Part shown: positions 38,630 to 48,361 of the stretch, in pieces
Position numbering within the stretch: position 1 is the stretch's first letter
Layout of the letters: the number at the start of each line of letters is the position of its first letter
Made by a program: the position numbers and the translations under genes
Source: Candidatus Algichlamydia australiensis
Lineage (GTDB): Bacteria > Chlamydiota > Chlamydiia > Chlamydiales > JAJFMI01
Assembly: GCA_033977065.1 (NCBI GenBank)
Contig: JAXCHI010000004.1
Location: 320,001-384,000, forward strand
Direction of reading: 5' to 3'
DNA length: 64,000 bases
The notes under the pieces: generated by a model
What the model was told of the DNA's origin: nothing
The model's database searches: none
What the model saw: the letters and a program-made list of their open reading frames with translations, nothing else

Positions 38630-40672
38630 TTAATGCACCATTTTTAGTGAAAAAGTAAACTTGTCGGCGCGCACGGTGTGAAGATAGGTGAGCCGCAACC
38701 GCCAGTTTGCTGTTACCATTGTATAAATACTTCCTTTATACTCAAGATAGGCGGGCTCATTAGCGCGGCCCCAACCTGAATGTGTTTCAAAGCGCACGGT
38801 CCAGTCGGGTCTTGGATTGATCTGGATGCGCCCCAAAAAAGTGTTGCGACCATCTGAGAGAGGAGAGTCTTCGATCTCATCAATCGATCTTGTGACATCT
38901 AAAATATAATTATTATGATCGACTTTGCGCCAATCAAAACGGCTGCGGTGACGAAACTCAACTGAAACAGCGCAATCGGGGTTAACAGTAAAAAGAAGTC
39001 TAAAGTTGGCGCGATCAAGTAGATTTTCATTGAAATTCCAGCCTAGGTTAGCAAAGAGTTGCACGCGAGAGAGATTCCAGTTTAAGTCGGCATAAGCTTT
39101 GGGAATGGGGGTAGAAAAGGGCGTTGAGCCGAAAAAAGTGATTGCATAGAGATCGGCTGTAAAGAGGGGAGTAAGTTCCCATTTGTCACCAAAGATATCG
39201 CTCTGCGCTCCCCATCGTAAGAAGTTGAGGCGGTTGTAGCCATCTGCTAAATCAAAAATAAAGAGACTGTCGGGTGAAATCGTAGGGTCTGTGATGCCGC
39301 GAAATTCCGCGTAGGGGCGAAGCAAGTGAGAAAAATGCGAATAATTTTTACGTAAGGTTGTCGTAAGATGGGCGCCGTAGCGAAAGAGAACTTGTCCCAC
39401 GTCTTCGCTGCTTGGGCTGTTGTTGTAATAAATTCCTGTAAAACCAATGTCGGGAGTAAGAGTTGCATATTTGAAATTGAATGGCCGGTAGAGGCGTTGA
39501 TCTGTTTCAAGTCGAATTGCATGAAAGTCGCGCAGAAGGTTGTCGATATCATCGGAGAAAGAGTAGTCGAGGTAGGAGGTTTTTACGCGGTTATCCATAA
39601 CAATCCCGCTTGAGCCAAATGTAAAGGGCCGAAGGGAGAGAGCTGCGCTAGGCAATTCTTGTTTAAATCCTTGGAAGGAGTTAATCCGCGGGTTGGCGTA
39701 AATACTTGCAATGTGCCGATCTTCAATTTGCCTCACCCAAAGGTAGGAGCGCCGCGCTGTGGTGAGCTCGAAGTCGGAGCTTCCAAAATCACCTGGCATG
39801 TTCTTGTCATTGAATTTATCCCAGATCGCATAGGATTGGATCGTGCTCTTCTCGTTGCGCGAGGTGTAGCGTCCTTGGAGGCGAAATCGCGTCGACTTTT
39901 TTTTGGGATCGTCATCATTATAAAAAGTGTCATAGCCAAGATAATTTTTTGTTAACATGCGTGTGAGACCATCTTCACTGTGATAGTCACTCTCAACTGC
40001 TCCGCCAACTCCTCCTGTAAAAGGGCGTAGATCAAAACGAGTATAGAGATCGAGCGTATCCCAAGAGTAGATGCGGTAACGCATGGAGAAGCGCGGTCCC
40101 TGTGCAGTTGCCCAATCGATTTTGTAGCGTACAGGTGAGTCGCGAAAATAGCGGAGGTTGCTCTTGAAACGTGGAAGGTGAAAGAGTGGGAGCTCAACAA
40201 CGCGAAAGCTCACCCCAGAAGCTTCAACTCTTTGCTGCTCTTCGATTGTAATCCCTCTTGCTGTGATACTCCACTCGGGTTTTGCATTTTCACTTGTTGT
40301 AATGAGAGCTTCGCGAATGGATAGAGAGCGATCGCAGTTTAGAGCAATCTCCTTACCGGAGATAAACCACCCTTCAACCATTGTGCGGCCTTCATAAAGT
40401 TTTCCTTCCTGTGTTGTAAAATTATAGATTAAACGCTCTCCACCAAGGTAACGACCATCGTAATCAATAAGGAGATCGCCACTCGCATCGATTGAATTTT
40501 CCTCTCGGTTATAGGAGATGTTTTGTGCCTGAATACGAATACCGTCAGACGTAATCACCCCTCCCTTTTTTGTTTGCAAAACTCCTTGCGAGTAGGAGGG
40601 CTCTTGGAGATCAATTTGAATTTGCTCCTGAGCAAATAGCAGTAGTGGAATTAGCAAAAAAAGAGTGCGCAC
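38630..40672 (-). CDS. LptD-like outer-membrane beta-barrel protein
   Basis: Signal peptide from GTG (VRTLFLLIPLLLFAQ), an OstA-like N-terminal region, and aromatic-rich beta-strands. Confidence 0.75.
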   Translation of the reverse strand: MRTLFLLIPLLLFAQEQIQIDLQEPSYSQGVLQTKKGGVITSDGIRIQAQNISYNREENSIDASGDLLIDYDGRYLGGERLIYNFTTQEGKLYEGRTMVEGWFISGKEIALNCDRSLSIREALITTSENAKPEWSITARGITIEEQQRVEASGVSFRVVELPLFHLPRFKSNLRYFRDSPVRYKIDWATAQGPRFSMRYRIYSWDTLDLYTRFDLRPFTGGVGGAVESDYHSEDGLTRMLTKNYLGYDTFYNDDDPKKKSTRFRLQGRYTSRNEKSTIQSYAIWDKFNDKNMPGDFGSSDFELTTARRSYLWVRQIEDRHIASIYANPRINSFQGFKQELPSAALSLRPFTFGSSGIVMDNRVKTSYLDYSFSDDIDNLLRDFHAIRLETDQRLYRPFNFKYATLTPDIGFTGIYYNNSPSSEDVGQVLFRYGAHLTTTLRKNYSHFSHLLRPYAEFRGITDPTISPDSLFIFDLADGYNRLNFLRWGAQSDIFGDKWELTPLFTADLYAITFFGSTPFSTPIPKAYADLNWNLSRVQLFANLGWNFNENLLDRANFRLLFTVNPDCAVSVEFRHRSRFDWRKVDHNNYILDVTRSIDEIEDSPLSDGRNTFLGRIQINPRPDWTVRFETHSGWGRANEPAYLEYKGSIYTMVTANWRLRLTYLHTVRADKFTFSLKMVH

Positions 40673-40687
40673 TTTGGTGATTATATC

Positions 40688-40858
40688 CTCAGTACTGGAC
40701 AAAAATTTCACCAATGGGAGAGCTGCACCTTCATCAAATCGATTCTCCTCCTTATCCATAGCGCTATGGGCTATGGATTCGTCGCTCGAATCGCTGCCGC
40801 TTCGATTTGATTTTGGTTCGCTTTGCTCCCCTTGGCAAAATTTTTGTCCAGTACTGAG
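40688..40858. mobile_element. MITE family E, 171 bp
   Basis: Perfect 21-bp TIRs CTCAGTACTGGACAAAAATTT and 9-bp TSD GATTATATC. Confidence 0.93.
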
Positions 40859-40865
40859 GATTATA

Positions 40866-42527
40866 TCACTGAAGTGCAATCAAAAGAAGCCCTGCTAAAG
40901 CAAAACGGTTTTGTTCATTCCCGTAGGCCATTGCATCCAAGAGGAGGTCGATCGCATTTGGCTCATGTGCAGTAGCAATTGCTTCATAGGTCTCAAAAAG
41001 AAGTTGAGATGTCTCTGCAGGTGCAAGTTCATAGGAAGTGAGTGCTTTTTTCTTTCTCTTCCACCCACTCTTTTTTTCAAATTGAATGAGATGTTTTCCC
41101 TGCTCATTATGAATCCAATCGATAAAGCTATTTTGATCAAAGCCATCTGCTTTTAATCGATAAAGTGCGAGGTTGCAGTACGCACGTGTGAGGGGCATTC
41201 CCATCTCTTTGGAGTAGGAGCGTAAAAGTTCGAGAGAGCAGGGGCTATTTTGATTTTCAAGTAGCCGAACAAGAGTAGGAATTAGTTCGCGGTGCCTTGT
41301 GTAAAAGATTTTACGAGCAATATGCATAAAGATTTTTTCCCCCAACTCCATCGAGTCTACAAGGAGTTCTTGGCGAAAACTACGAGTGATCATTGCAAGG
41401 CGTTCCCTCTCTTCTTTGGGTTGAGCTGAAGCGAGCCTTTTTACTCGCCAAGCGCGTAGTGAGCTTCCCGCAGAGAGCTGTGGCTCAAAACCAAGATCGC
41501 TCGGAGTTTTGAGCAGAAACTCTGCAATGGCGCCTAAAGCGCGCACCTCTTTTAATTTTAAGAGAGCTACAGTTGCGTTTAAACGTACGTTGATATCGCG
41601 ATCGTGAACGAGTTTAGCAAGGATATCCTTACCGCGCTCCCATTTGTGGAGCAAGTAAACGGCAAAAAGGTTTTTTTTCTCTGCCATTTTGACGATCTCG
41701 GAAAAATGCTGCTCCTCCCCAATCTGCATTAGAGCATAGAGCGCGGCAAGTTTTACATCATCAGATGGGGACTTTGCCAGATGCTCTAACTGTTTTTTTG
41801 AGCCAATATCTCCAAAATGACCGAGAGAAAAAGCAGCCATCTCCTGCTCAAATGGATCGACATGAGTAGAAAGGGCGCGAATGCTGGGAAGAAGGTCATC
41901 GCGGCCAAATTTTGTAATGGCAAAAAGAGTTGCTAGACGCACTTGCAAAAGTTGATGATTTAACAAGCTTTTTAAAAGCGCGCGCGCATCGCTTGTTTCA
42001 AGTTGTGCATAGAGCTCAGGGAAATAGGCCCAAAACTGTGGCGGTAGCTTGCGCATGAGTGATTCGATCTGTCCGCAAGCACCTTTTGCTGCACGTTGTG
42101 CCATAAAGTAGGCTGTCTGCACACGGATCATTAAAAATTTTGAGTGCATTCCTTCTAGAATTAAATCATCCGTGTAGTCTTCATGCATCTCAGCAACTGT
42201 ACCAAGAGCTGCTGCTTGCACATAGGGAGATTGACTATTTAACCCCTCTTCAAAAATGTGTAGAGGGCAGAGAACTTTTGCCGCTTTAGCGCCAAACATG
42301 CTCATCATCTGTACATCGGTATTGGAACTTGTAATGCCCTCATGTAAAAGCGAAATTGCCATCTCTTCAAGCAATTCTGGCTCATGATGCCCTACCTCAT
42401 TCCGATGGTGCATATACTCTTTGATAGCGCGCTCTGTCTCTCCGCGTTTGATTAGAAATAGGATGTGAGAAGGCTCTTTTGAAACTAAAGTACCGCAAAA
42501 AAAGCAGAAGAAAAGCAGACTGCGCAT
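40866..42527 (-). CDS. HEAT-repeat protein with signal peptide
   Basis: VQAAAL, VRLATL, VKLAAL and VRLNATVAL HEAT-like repeats. Confidence 0.82.
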   Translation of the reverse strand: MRSLLFFCFFCGTLVSKEPSHILFLIKRGETERAIKEYMHHRNEVGHHEPELLEEMAISLLHEGITSSNTDVQMMSMFGAKAAKVLCPLHIFEEGLNSQSPYVQAAALGTVAEMHEDYTDDLILEGMHSKFLMIRVQTAYFMAQRAAKGACGQIESLMRKLPPQFWAYFPELYAQLETSDARALLKSLLNHQLLQVRLATLFAITKFGRDDLLPSIRALSTHVDPFEQEMAAFSLGHFGDIGSKKQLEHLAKSPSDDVKLAALYALMQIGEEQHFSEIVKMAEKKNLFAVYLLHKWERGKDILAKLVHDRDINVRLNATVALLKLKEVRALGAIAEFLLKTPSDLGFEPQLSAGSSLRAWRVKRLASAQPKEERERLAMITRSFRQELLVDSMELGEKIFMHIARKIFYTRHRELIPTLVRLLENQNSPCSLELLRSYSKEMGMPLTRAYCNLALYRLKADGFDQNSFIDWIHNEQGKHLIQFEKKSGWKRKKKALTSYELAPAETSQLLFETYEAIATAHEPNAIDLLLDAMAYGNEQNRFALAGLLLIALQ

Positions 42528-42535
42528 ACAACAGA

Positions 42536-43624
42536 TTAGAAGATATTCTGGTATTTCTTGGAAAGGGAATAAGTACGATTTTTATTTGATGGGTTTGCAA
42601 TTTCAAAAAAACCGGTCTCTACCCACTTCTGACAGAGTTGACGTGCGGTTCTAGGAGAAAAACTGAATAATTCAGCAATTAAAGAGGTTTTGACCTCTTC
42701 TGATGTCTCAAAAAGTTCCAATACTTTTCTTTGCTTAGGATCGAGTTTTCTTAATATAGGAGAGTGATCAACTTCGTTTTGCAGTAAGCTTCGCTCCATT
42801 TCTCTAATGACATTTTCAAAAGCAAAGGCCATGCCTTCGCAGAAATAGGAAATCCAGCCTGTGATATCAGCCTCAGCTCTACCCAAATAATAATTATGAG
42901 AAGGCCCGATGGTGATTGCCTCATAATATCTGGGAAGATTTTTGGCGTAGTACTCTTCAAGAGAGTAGAGCCCTTTTAGATCGTATCCTCCAAGATGGAG
43001 AACAAGTGTTGTTAGGAGCCTTGCGGTACGTCCATTGCCATCAAAATAGGGGTGAATTGTAGCAAATTGGTAGTGCGCAACTGCAGCGAGGACGGGGCAG
43101 GGGAGATGTTTGTTTTGATTTAGCCAATCAATCATTTGCTTCATCAGATTCGTTACATCTTTTGCCTCAGGTGGCATATAAACGATTTGTCCAGAGTAGC
43201 CATCACGAATGACATTTTGTCCATCACGATAAGGCGTAGGTTGCGCTTTTACTTTACCATCACTTATAACAAGCGCATGGAGAGTTTGAATAATTTTTTC
43301 TGTAATGCTGTTTTTTTCCTCTACATACATCTCAAGTTTTGCAAGTGCTGCGTAGTAGCCTTTCACCTCTTGTTCATCTCGCTCTCTTCCGGGGAAATGG
43401 CCGTTATGCTTAAGAACTTTTTTTACTTCCAACGGTTCCAGTTGATTGCCTTCAATCATTGTGGAGTAATGTGTGGTAAAGAGCTTGGCAGTTTGGCGTA
43501 AAGAGGTAAGAATCCTTGGATTTAGGGGGAGTGAGATCGATTTATTCTTGGCGTTTTCAATGCGAAGCAGATAGCTTGTAATTTCTTCTGTAAGGGTATA
43601 ATTAGGAGTAAACTTCTCATTCAT
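42536..43624 (-). CDS. Fic family protein with C-terminal winged HTH
   Basis: HPYFDGNGRTAR catalytic motif and N-terminal STMIEG inhibitory motif. Confidence 0.95.
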   Translation of the reverse strand: MNEKFTPNYTLTEEITSYLLRIENAKNKSISLPLNPRILTSLRQTAKLFTTHYSTMIEGNQLEPLEVKKVLKHNGHFPGRERDEQEVKGYYAALAKLEMYVEEKNSITEKIIQTLHALVISDGKVKAQPTPYRDGQNVIRDGYSGQIVYMPPEAKDVTNLMKQMIDWLNQNKHLPCPVLAAVAHYQFATIHPYFDGNGRTARLLTTLVLHLGGYDLKGLYSLEEYYAKNLPRYYEAITIGPSHNYYLGRAEADITGWISYFCEGMAFAFENVIREMERSLLQNEVDHSPILRKLDPKQRKVLELFETSEEVKTSLIAELFSFSPRTARQLCQKWVETGFFEIANPSNKNRTYSLSKKYQNIF

Positions 43625-43632
43625 ACACCCCT

Positions 43633-43700
43633 ATTATGCCGATAAACCGCCGATAAGTCAAGGTGGAATGCCGATAAACCGCCGATAAACCGCCGATAAA
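43633..43700 (-). promoter_or_regulatory. fic promoter overlapped by five 11-bp GCCGATAAACC repeats
   Basis: TTGACT (43661-56), N17, CATAAT (43638-33). Repeats start at 43638, 43649, 43670, 43681 and 43692. Confidence 0.75.
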
Positions 43701-43727
43701 ATACATAAAAGATTAACTATAAAGGGA

Positions 43728-43898
43728 TTATTGTGTATCTTTATTGCAGCGTTTTTTCTTGCCGCAAGTAGGGCACTCCTTGTCTTCAGGGCGGCCACAG
43801 CGGCGCAGATGAAAGTGATTTTTTCCTGTGAGCCACTTTCCTATTGAAAGAAGAAAGACACAAGCAAGCAGAAGAAGCGCTGCTATTAGGAAAGTCAC
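43728..43898 (-). CDS. 56-aa TM + Cys-rich protein (NqrM-like), absent from the ORF track
   Basis: The GTG start overlaps the upstream stop (GTGA). Sequence: MTFLIAALLLLACVFLLSIGKWLTGKNHFHLRRCGRPEDKECPTCGKKKRCNKDTQ. Confidence 0.75.
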   Translation of the reverse strand: MTFLIAALLLLACVFLLSIGKWLTGKNHFHLRRCGRPEDKECPTCGKKKRCNKDTQ

Positions 43899-45796
43899 TT
43901 CTTCTTAGCCTTTGAAGGTTTTGCTGTTTGCTTGGAATTCTTTTCCTCTAGATCGATCCAAAGGGGAGAGCTCCAAGCGATATGACCATCTTTTTGCATT
44001 GCGCGCACGTAGTAGTAGCAGAAAGGAGAATGACCTTCAGGCTTTAGAGCAACTTTATCAAGAGGGTCGGTATCATCAACAGCGAATTCTAGTTTGTCTT
44101 CTTTAGGCTTGAAGGTTTTGTAGATTTCTCCATTACGAATTAAAAGAACTTCTTTGAGGTCGGTTGTTCCTGCAATAAATCCTTGGATATGGCGATTGAA
44201 TTGTAAACCGGGGCGATCTTTTAAAGAGATTTCTGCTCCCATATTCTCTTCTGCAATCAAAAGGCTTACAATCATGCGCTCACCAGTTGTTGCATAGCAA
44301 GATCTTTGGCTCAGTGCCTGCATCATGGCGTCACGCGTGTGTGTTTTTGCAATAATGGCAGTAAGTCCAGGAGAGTACTGGACTTGATCGGATTCGTAGA
44401 GGTGGTCAAAGGTTCCTCGATCGTCTAGCCCACCAGCAACAAACCCAAAGCGGCAGCCTGCGTTTAGTGCGGCACGGATGGATCCCTCTTTTGTTTCAGT
44501 ATAGTTTGTTTTAGATTCAATTGGGCGCGGGTTTCCTTCAGCCTTTGTACATTCAGATGAGCCCCAGCTATTATAGATCTCTACAACACGTTCGAACTCC
44601 GGATCGAATTCCTTAAAATCGTAGTGAACACCCTTTCCCATTGTGAAGGTTGGTATGGAAAGGATCTCTTTTGGTGTATGAGATTTATAAATCTTTTTTA
44701 ATTGGTTGGATTTTGGATCCTTTTTTCGGAGTAGGGGTTTATTATCTTTTGCATAGACGATTTGTCTTAGCCCTTCGGAACCTGCTGACCCGCTCCAAGA
44801 GAATCCAAGCATTGTTGAAAAGCGATCCTCTTCATTAAATTCTGCAACCTGTAAAGAGATGTTTTTCCAGATAGGGTTTGGGGTTTCTGCTTCGCTTTCA
44901 AAGTTTGAAGTGCCAAGAAATTGAAAAGCCTGATCGTCACGAAAGTAACGAAGCGCAGATTCAATGTTTTCTTGTGAATCGTAGCGTGTTGAGTCGCCGT
45001 GTAAAGATCCCCAGTAGAGACTCTTTTCTGAAGAGGGAACGCATTGAACAGGAGAGGAGTAAAAAATTTGATCTGTGCCTAGAATTTGCATTTTTAACTT
45101 GTAGATTCCCGGATCTGTAAAGTAAAAATTCGGAAGGGTGATAAAGCCCGTTTCTGGAACAAAAAGCTTCCAACTCAAGTTTTCGCGTTGTTGCTCATAA
45201 CTAAGCTCTACAAGTGTTCCTTCAGGTGCTAAGTTGGTTAGGTTGTTGAATTCGTCTTCAAAGCGGACAATAACATCGAAACGCTGCGAGCGACCAACTA
45301 GTGCAGGAGTAAGCATGCGCAAGTGGTGCAGTTTTTCACCGCGAACATCGAGAAAAAAAGATTCGGGATCTTTGTAATCTCCTTTGCCTTTTGTGTCGAT
45401 ATAGAGATGAAAAGGGCGACGTCTTTGCGTATAATACTGAGCACGATTGCTCGCTTTGTCGCCAGTTGTAGTACCGACATGAATGGCAATCTCTTCACCA
45501 GCCTTAATCTCTTTTGGGAGTACAAATTCATACTGCAGAGAAAAGGTTTTGGGGATCTCAATAGACTTTGCAGCAGAGACGCCACCATCAGGAAGGGAGA
45601 GCCATATCGAATTATTTTTTGTTTTTGGTCCCGTCTGCGGCTGCTGCCAATCGATGTCTCGCCCTTTTGAAAGGGGATCGAACTTGAGCTTTGTACCTTT
45701 GGGGAGATTATTTGAAGGAGTATAAATAAATTTCCAATTTCCTTCACTTCCAACACGAGCGAACTTAGGATCGCAATAACTGATAGATCTACGCAT
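43895..45796 (-). CDS. Conserved chlamydial DUF3604-like (PHP-like) protein
   Basis: MRRSISYC start; YWGSLHG, VEIYNSWG and YYYVR...AWSSP motifs. Confidence 0.8.
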   Translation of the reverse strand: MRRSISYCDPKFARVGSEGNWKFIYTPSNNLPKGTKLKFDPLSKGRDIDWQQPQTGPKTKNNSIWLSLPDGGVSAAKSIEIPKTFSLQYEFVLPKEIKAGEEIAIHVGTTTGDKASNRAQYYTQRRRPFHLYIDTKGKGDYKDPESFFLDVRGEKLHHLRMLTPALVGRSQRFDVIVRFEDEFNNLTNLAPEGTLVELSYEQQRENLSWKLFVPETGFITLPNFYFTDPGIYKLKMQILGTDQIFYSSPVQCVPSSEKSLYWGSLHGDSTRYDSQENIESALRYFRDDQAFQFLGTSNFESEAETPNPIWKNISLQVAEFNEEDRFSTMLGFSWSGSAGSEGLRQIVYAKDNKPLLRKKDPKSNQLKKIYKSHTPKEILSIPTFTMGKGVHYDFKEFDPEFERVVEIYNSWGSSECTKAEGNPRPIESKTNYTETKEGSIRAALNAGCRFGFVAGGLDDRGTFDHLYESDQVQYSPGLTAIIAKTHTRDAMMQALSQRSCYATTGERMIVSLLIAEENMGAEISLKDRPGLQFNRHIQGFIAGTTDLKEVLLIRNGEIYKTFKPKEDKLEFAVDDTDPLDKVALKPEGHSPFCYYYVRAMQKDGHIAWSSPLWIDLEEKNSKQTAKPSKAKKK

Positions 45797-45862
45797 AATA
45801 GGGGATTTTACATGACTTTTGATTCTTAGGCAAGGCTGTCGAAGGGTTTAGAAAAAAAATCT

Positions 45863-47152
45863 TTATGCAGACTTTCGTGGAGTAATACGCACCTTGTCGA
45901 TTGAGCGCTCATCAGCACTCTGGACTTCTAAATCAAAATTATCATGGTGGATTTTGAAACCTTTTTCAGGAATTAACCCACAAGACTGAACAATGTATCC
46001 TCCAAGGGTGTCGTAGTCGGGGCCCAGAGGAATTTGTATGCCAAGGTCGCGTTTGATATCAAGAAGACTCATCTTGGCGTCGACAATGTATCCTTTTTCG
46101 GGGTGGGGAGTGAAAGGAATTTCCTCATCTGTATCAAACTCATCTGCGATTTCTCCGACGAGCTCTTCTAAAATATCTTCGATAGAGACGATTCCTTCTG
46201 TGCCTCCATATTCATCAACAACGATTGCCATATGAATCTGTTTGCTACGAAATTCTTGAAGAAGTTGTGAAATACGCTTTGTTTCTGGTGTGTAAAGAAT
46301 GGGTTTGATTAGCTTTTCAAGTGGAATTTGATCAGGAGGCCCAAAGGTTTTGGGGTCAAGAAACGTCTCAAGAAGATCCTTGTAGTGAAGCACCCCGACG
46401 ATTTCATCAACAGAATCTTTGTAAATAGGGATCCGAGAGTAACCCTCTTTAATCAAATCAGAACCTGCATCTGCAATAGTAAGGTCTGCTGGAAGGCTAA
46501 AGATATCGACACGCGGAACCATCACTTCTCGTACAATGCGGTCTTTAAAGGTAGCAACAGAGCAGATGAGTTTTTGTTCTGAAACGGATAGTTCTTCTCC
46601 CATCTCTGTTTCATGAACCAGCTCTAAAATCTTTCTTTCAAGCTTTGGACCGCGCTCTGTCTCTTCGCGGTAGCGTGGAAAAAAGAGGCGTTGCACTTTA
46701 AGCAGCAGCGCTGTCAGAGGGAAAAAGAGAAGGAGAAAAACTGTGGCAAAAGGGTTGGAGAAACGTAGACAGAATTTTGGAGCGCCTTTTGCAAGCAAGC
46801 GTGTACCGAGGTCGAAGAGAAGAGAGAGGGCAATCAAAATAAGAAGAGAACCAAATCCAAGAAGAGAAAAAACACTTTCCAACTGATCAAGGCTACTGAG
46901 GTAGAAAAAGCCTAGAATCCCGTAGCAGAGCCTGCAGATCTGCTTACTCATACTAATCACAAAAAAGAGGTTTTCCCACTCCTCTTTGGGGAAAAAACGC
47001 TTGAGCAAACGAGGCAGAAAGTAAAATTTGGGTCTTCTGGCAAACTCTTTTTTCGACTCAATAAGGCCAAAGCGGTGCATTGCAACCGAATAAGCGGTCA
47101 GAGCGGTTGAGCCAAGCAGAAAAAGAATTGCAAAGAGGAGCCATGCCATCAT
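45863..47152 (-). CDS. CNNM/CBS/CorC hemolysin-family protein
   Basis: TM region followed by VREVMVPR, GYSRIP, VVDEYGG and YDTLGG motifs. Confidence 0.92.
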   Translation of the reverse strand: MMAWLLFAILFLLGSTALTAYSVAMHRFGLIESKKEFARRPKFYFLPRLLKRFFPKEEWENLFFVISMSKQICRLCYGILGFFYLSSLDQLESVFSLLGFGSLLILIALSLLFDLGTRLLAKGAPKFCLRFSNPFATVFLLLFFPLTALLLKVQRLFFPRYREETERGPKLERKILELVHETEMGEELSVSEQKLICSVATFKDRIVREVMVPRVDIFSLPADLTIADAGSDLIKEGYSRIPIYKDSVDEIVGVLHYKDLLETFLDPKTFGPPDQIPLEKLIKPILYTPETKRISQLLQEFRSKQIHMAIVVDEYGGTEGIVSIEDILEELVGEIADEFDTDEEIPFTPHPEKGYIVDAKMSLLDIKRDLGIQIPLGPDYDTLGGYIVQSCGLIPEKGFKIHHDNFDLEVQSADERSIDKVRITPRKSA

Positions 47153-47185
47153 ATCCGCATTGTAGCAAACTTATAGAGTAGAGTA

Positions 47186-47314
47186 CTAGTACTTGTAAGA
47201 GAAAAAATCGATTTTAAGCTATTTAGCGCACGATGCACTCACTTCCCATTCTCTACCTTGTTTCGGGAGGAGCTTTTTATGTCGCCTGCGGGGCGGTTTT
47301 TGCAGAAAAGTTTC
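47186..47314. repeat. MITE family B degenerate fragment
   Basis: A TIR-like CTAGTACTTGTAAGAGAAAA plus a reverse-complement match to about 19895..19980. Confidence 0.65.
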
Positions 47315-48059
47315 TTAATTCCTGCATCAGAAGCTTATCTCCGTGCGAGAGGTCTGGTAATTTTTCGAAAAAGAGAAGGGAACCTAGGGCCTGTATGTGC
47401 GCTTTTTGCGTGTTGCCTTGCTTATAGTCAATGATTGTGAGCATCGCATAACTTTCTGCTTTCTCTCTTAAGTCTGTTAAATCTGTGCTAGACTCTCCTA
47501 AATTTAGGAGTGCGCTTACCAAGTCAACTTTGGCTTCCCTATACTTTCTCTGTTCAAATTTCATTTTACCGCTGTAGAATTTGAAGGATGCAAGAATTAC
47601 CTGCTTGTTTTTTTCTAATAAATTGAGAGGAGTCGAAGAGTCTGGCTGGGAGGAATCCAGTATTGAGGTTACAGGTAATAATATTTTTAAGTTTTTTATT
47701 TGCAGTTTTATATGCTCTTGCTTGGCAGGAGAACAAAGAGGCGCAAGCTTTGAGGCTTTTGTGATAAACATTAGTGCTCTATCTAGGGCATTGTCTAACG
47801 TATGAATAAGTGAAAGTCTAAAATAGCTGTCAGCTAATTCTTTTGTTTTTACTCCCGACTTTTCCCACATTGATGTGGCATGTAAAAAGTATTTGCTCGC
47901 TTCTACATAATTTTTAGCTTCAGAAAATTTGATAGCTTGATGGTAAGATCGATCTGCTTCTTCAGCTATATTTAGAGGCTCTTTAGAAGAAGAATCTGAA
48001 TTGGATTCTTTTAAACCTAAAAAGTTAGGATAATTTTCTGATATTCTTTCTGTTTTCAT
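47277..48059 (-). CDS. TPR-like hypothetical protein
   Basis: Helical repeats (NYVEASKYF, LADSYFRL, KYREAK) in an AT-rich context. Confidence 0.7.
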   Translation of the reverse strand: MKTERISENYPNFLGLKESNSDSSSKEPLNIAEEADRSYHQAIKFSEAKNYVEASKYFLHATSMWEKSGVKTKELADSYFRLSLIHTLDNALDRALMFITKASKLAPLCSPAKQEHIKLQIKNLKILLPVTSILDSSQPDSSTPLNLLEKNKQVILASFKFYSGKMKFEQRKYREAKVDLVSALLNLGESSTDLTDLREKAESYAMLTIIDYKQGNTQKAHIQALGSLLFFEKLPDLSHGDKLLMQELRNFSAKTAPQAT

Positions 48060-48204
48060 AATAAAAAACGTTTGTTTTAATAAAATTATACATTAAAAGG
48101 TGATTAAATAACAACTAAAAAATAATTTAAATAAATGTTTTTAATTTTTCTGTTGTTTGTGTCTTATGTTTTTAAGATAAAGGTGCTTAAGCGCTCATTT
48201 TGAA

Positions 48205-48249
48205 ACTCAATAAAGAACAAAAAAGATCTGTCTGGAGAGAGACTTGAGT
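48205..48249. repeat. Degenerate MITE family A remnant
   Basis: ACTCAA...TCTGGAGAGAGACTTGAGT. Confidence 0.45.
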
Positions 48250-48361
48250 TTTAAAGCCTCTATTTCACAAAGTATATATTTCAATCTTGTTCGATTAACG
48301 ATTTTGGAGAAAAGTGGAGCCCAAACGTGAAAAATAAGATGGTTGTATGCTTTTGACGACG

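Noticed and set aside
40673..40879. 69-aa N-terminal extension of the LptD-like ORF in the track
   Set aside because: It is mostly MITE E plus its TSD read in frame. The signal peptide starts at GTG 40672.
43638..43700. Possible CRISPR array
   Set aside because: The 11-bp units are mostly abutting, with no unique spacers and no cas genes.
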